Below are positions 63,801 to 64,000 of a stretch of 64,000 bases of DNA, one piece after another. This DNA comes from Azolla caroliniana (lineage: Eukaryota > Plantae > Polypodiophyta), in the NCBI GenBank assembly GCA_043228905.1, contig JBHGNT010000002.1:2356001-2420000 (forward strand). Reading direction: 5' to 3'. Under the pieces are notes generated by a model, which saw only the letters and a program-made list of their open reading frames with translations, did no database searches and was not told the origin of the DNA. The number at the start of each line of letters is the position of its first letter. Positions within the stretch are counted from its first letter, which is position 1. The position numbers were made by a program, and so were the translations under genes.

Positions 63801-64000
63801 GGTAGCCCTTGCTGGCTAGAGAGTACTCACCAAAATACCTGATGAGTTGCTCCGGGGTTGGATTGTCGATCGTGAGTATGCCTCCCTCCGGAAGGCCTGT
63901 TAACGCTCGAATCGCCTCTGCCGTTATGACCTCTGTATCGATTTCCTTGATCACAATGTCGGCTTCTTTGTGTGGCGGTACTTCCATCATCATCAGGAAG
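60876..64000 (+). mobile_element. Tat-like LTR element C (LTR, PBS and antisense ORF; continues beyond the window)
   Basis: LTR 60876-61242 TGTTAC...GTAACA; tggcatgcccgtggga at 61245-61260, identical to the element B motif. Confidence 0.75.
61297..63993 (-). CDS. Long extra ORF of element C (about 900 aa visible, one in-frame stop at 62371): plant-transposon/PMD-like N-terminus, Pro/Glu-rich linker, long coiled coil
   Basis: ITAEAIRALTGLPEGG and IKVDWPVLI motifs; ORFs 62371-63993 and 61297-62187 share a frame; E/K/R heptad region. Confidence 0.65.

Overview
Eukaryotic, TE-rich land-plant genomic DNA (fern/lycophyte-like by TE content; inference). There are three host genes, all on the minus strand: a 9-exon CCCH zinc finger/WD40 gene (ZFWD-type, 285-6272), an intronless S40/DUF584 senescence regulator with an ABRE cluster, and a hybrid Gly-rich/8-Cys (HyPRP/LTP-like) protein. 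The rest is transposon sequence. The main discovery is a TIR DNA transposon at about 19318-38075 with 36-bp inverted ends (33/36 match, counting an ATAT target duplication). It carries two divergent, now pseudogenised genes: a Sola-like (DUF7869-type) DDD transposase with a C-terminal BAH/Tudor-like barrel, and an intron-containing ParB-like + beta-class N6-adenine/N4-cytosine DNA methyltransferase. Four LTR insertions are nested in it: a tRNA-Trp-primed non-autonomous element with an intact 490-aa unknown ORF, a second element inside that element's LTR, a young Gypsy with identical LTRs, a 4-bp TSD and a -1 frameshift signal, and a solo LTR. Also present are two hAT MITE copies, a truncated L1, a near full-length two-ORF LINE inserted at a (GA)n tract, a tRNA/SINE-derived 84-bp tandem array, a chromovirus and a Tat-like element with a long ORF antisense to its tRNA-Arg PBS. 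All family assignments come from motif recognition by eye; no database search was run.
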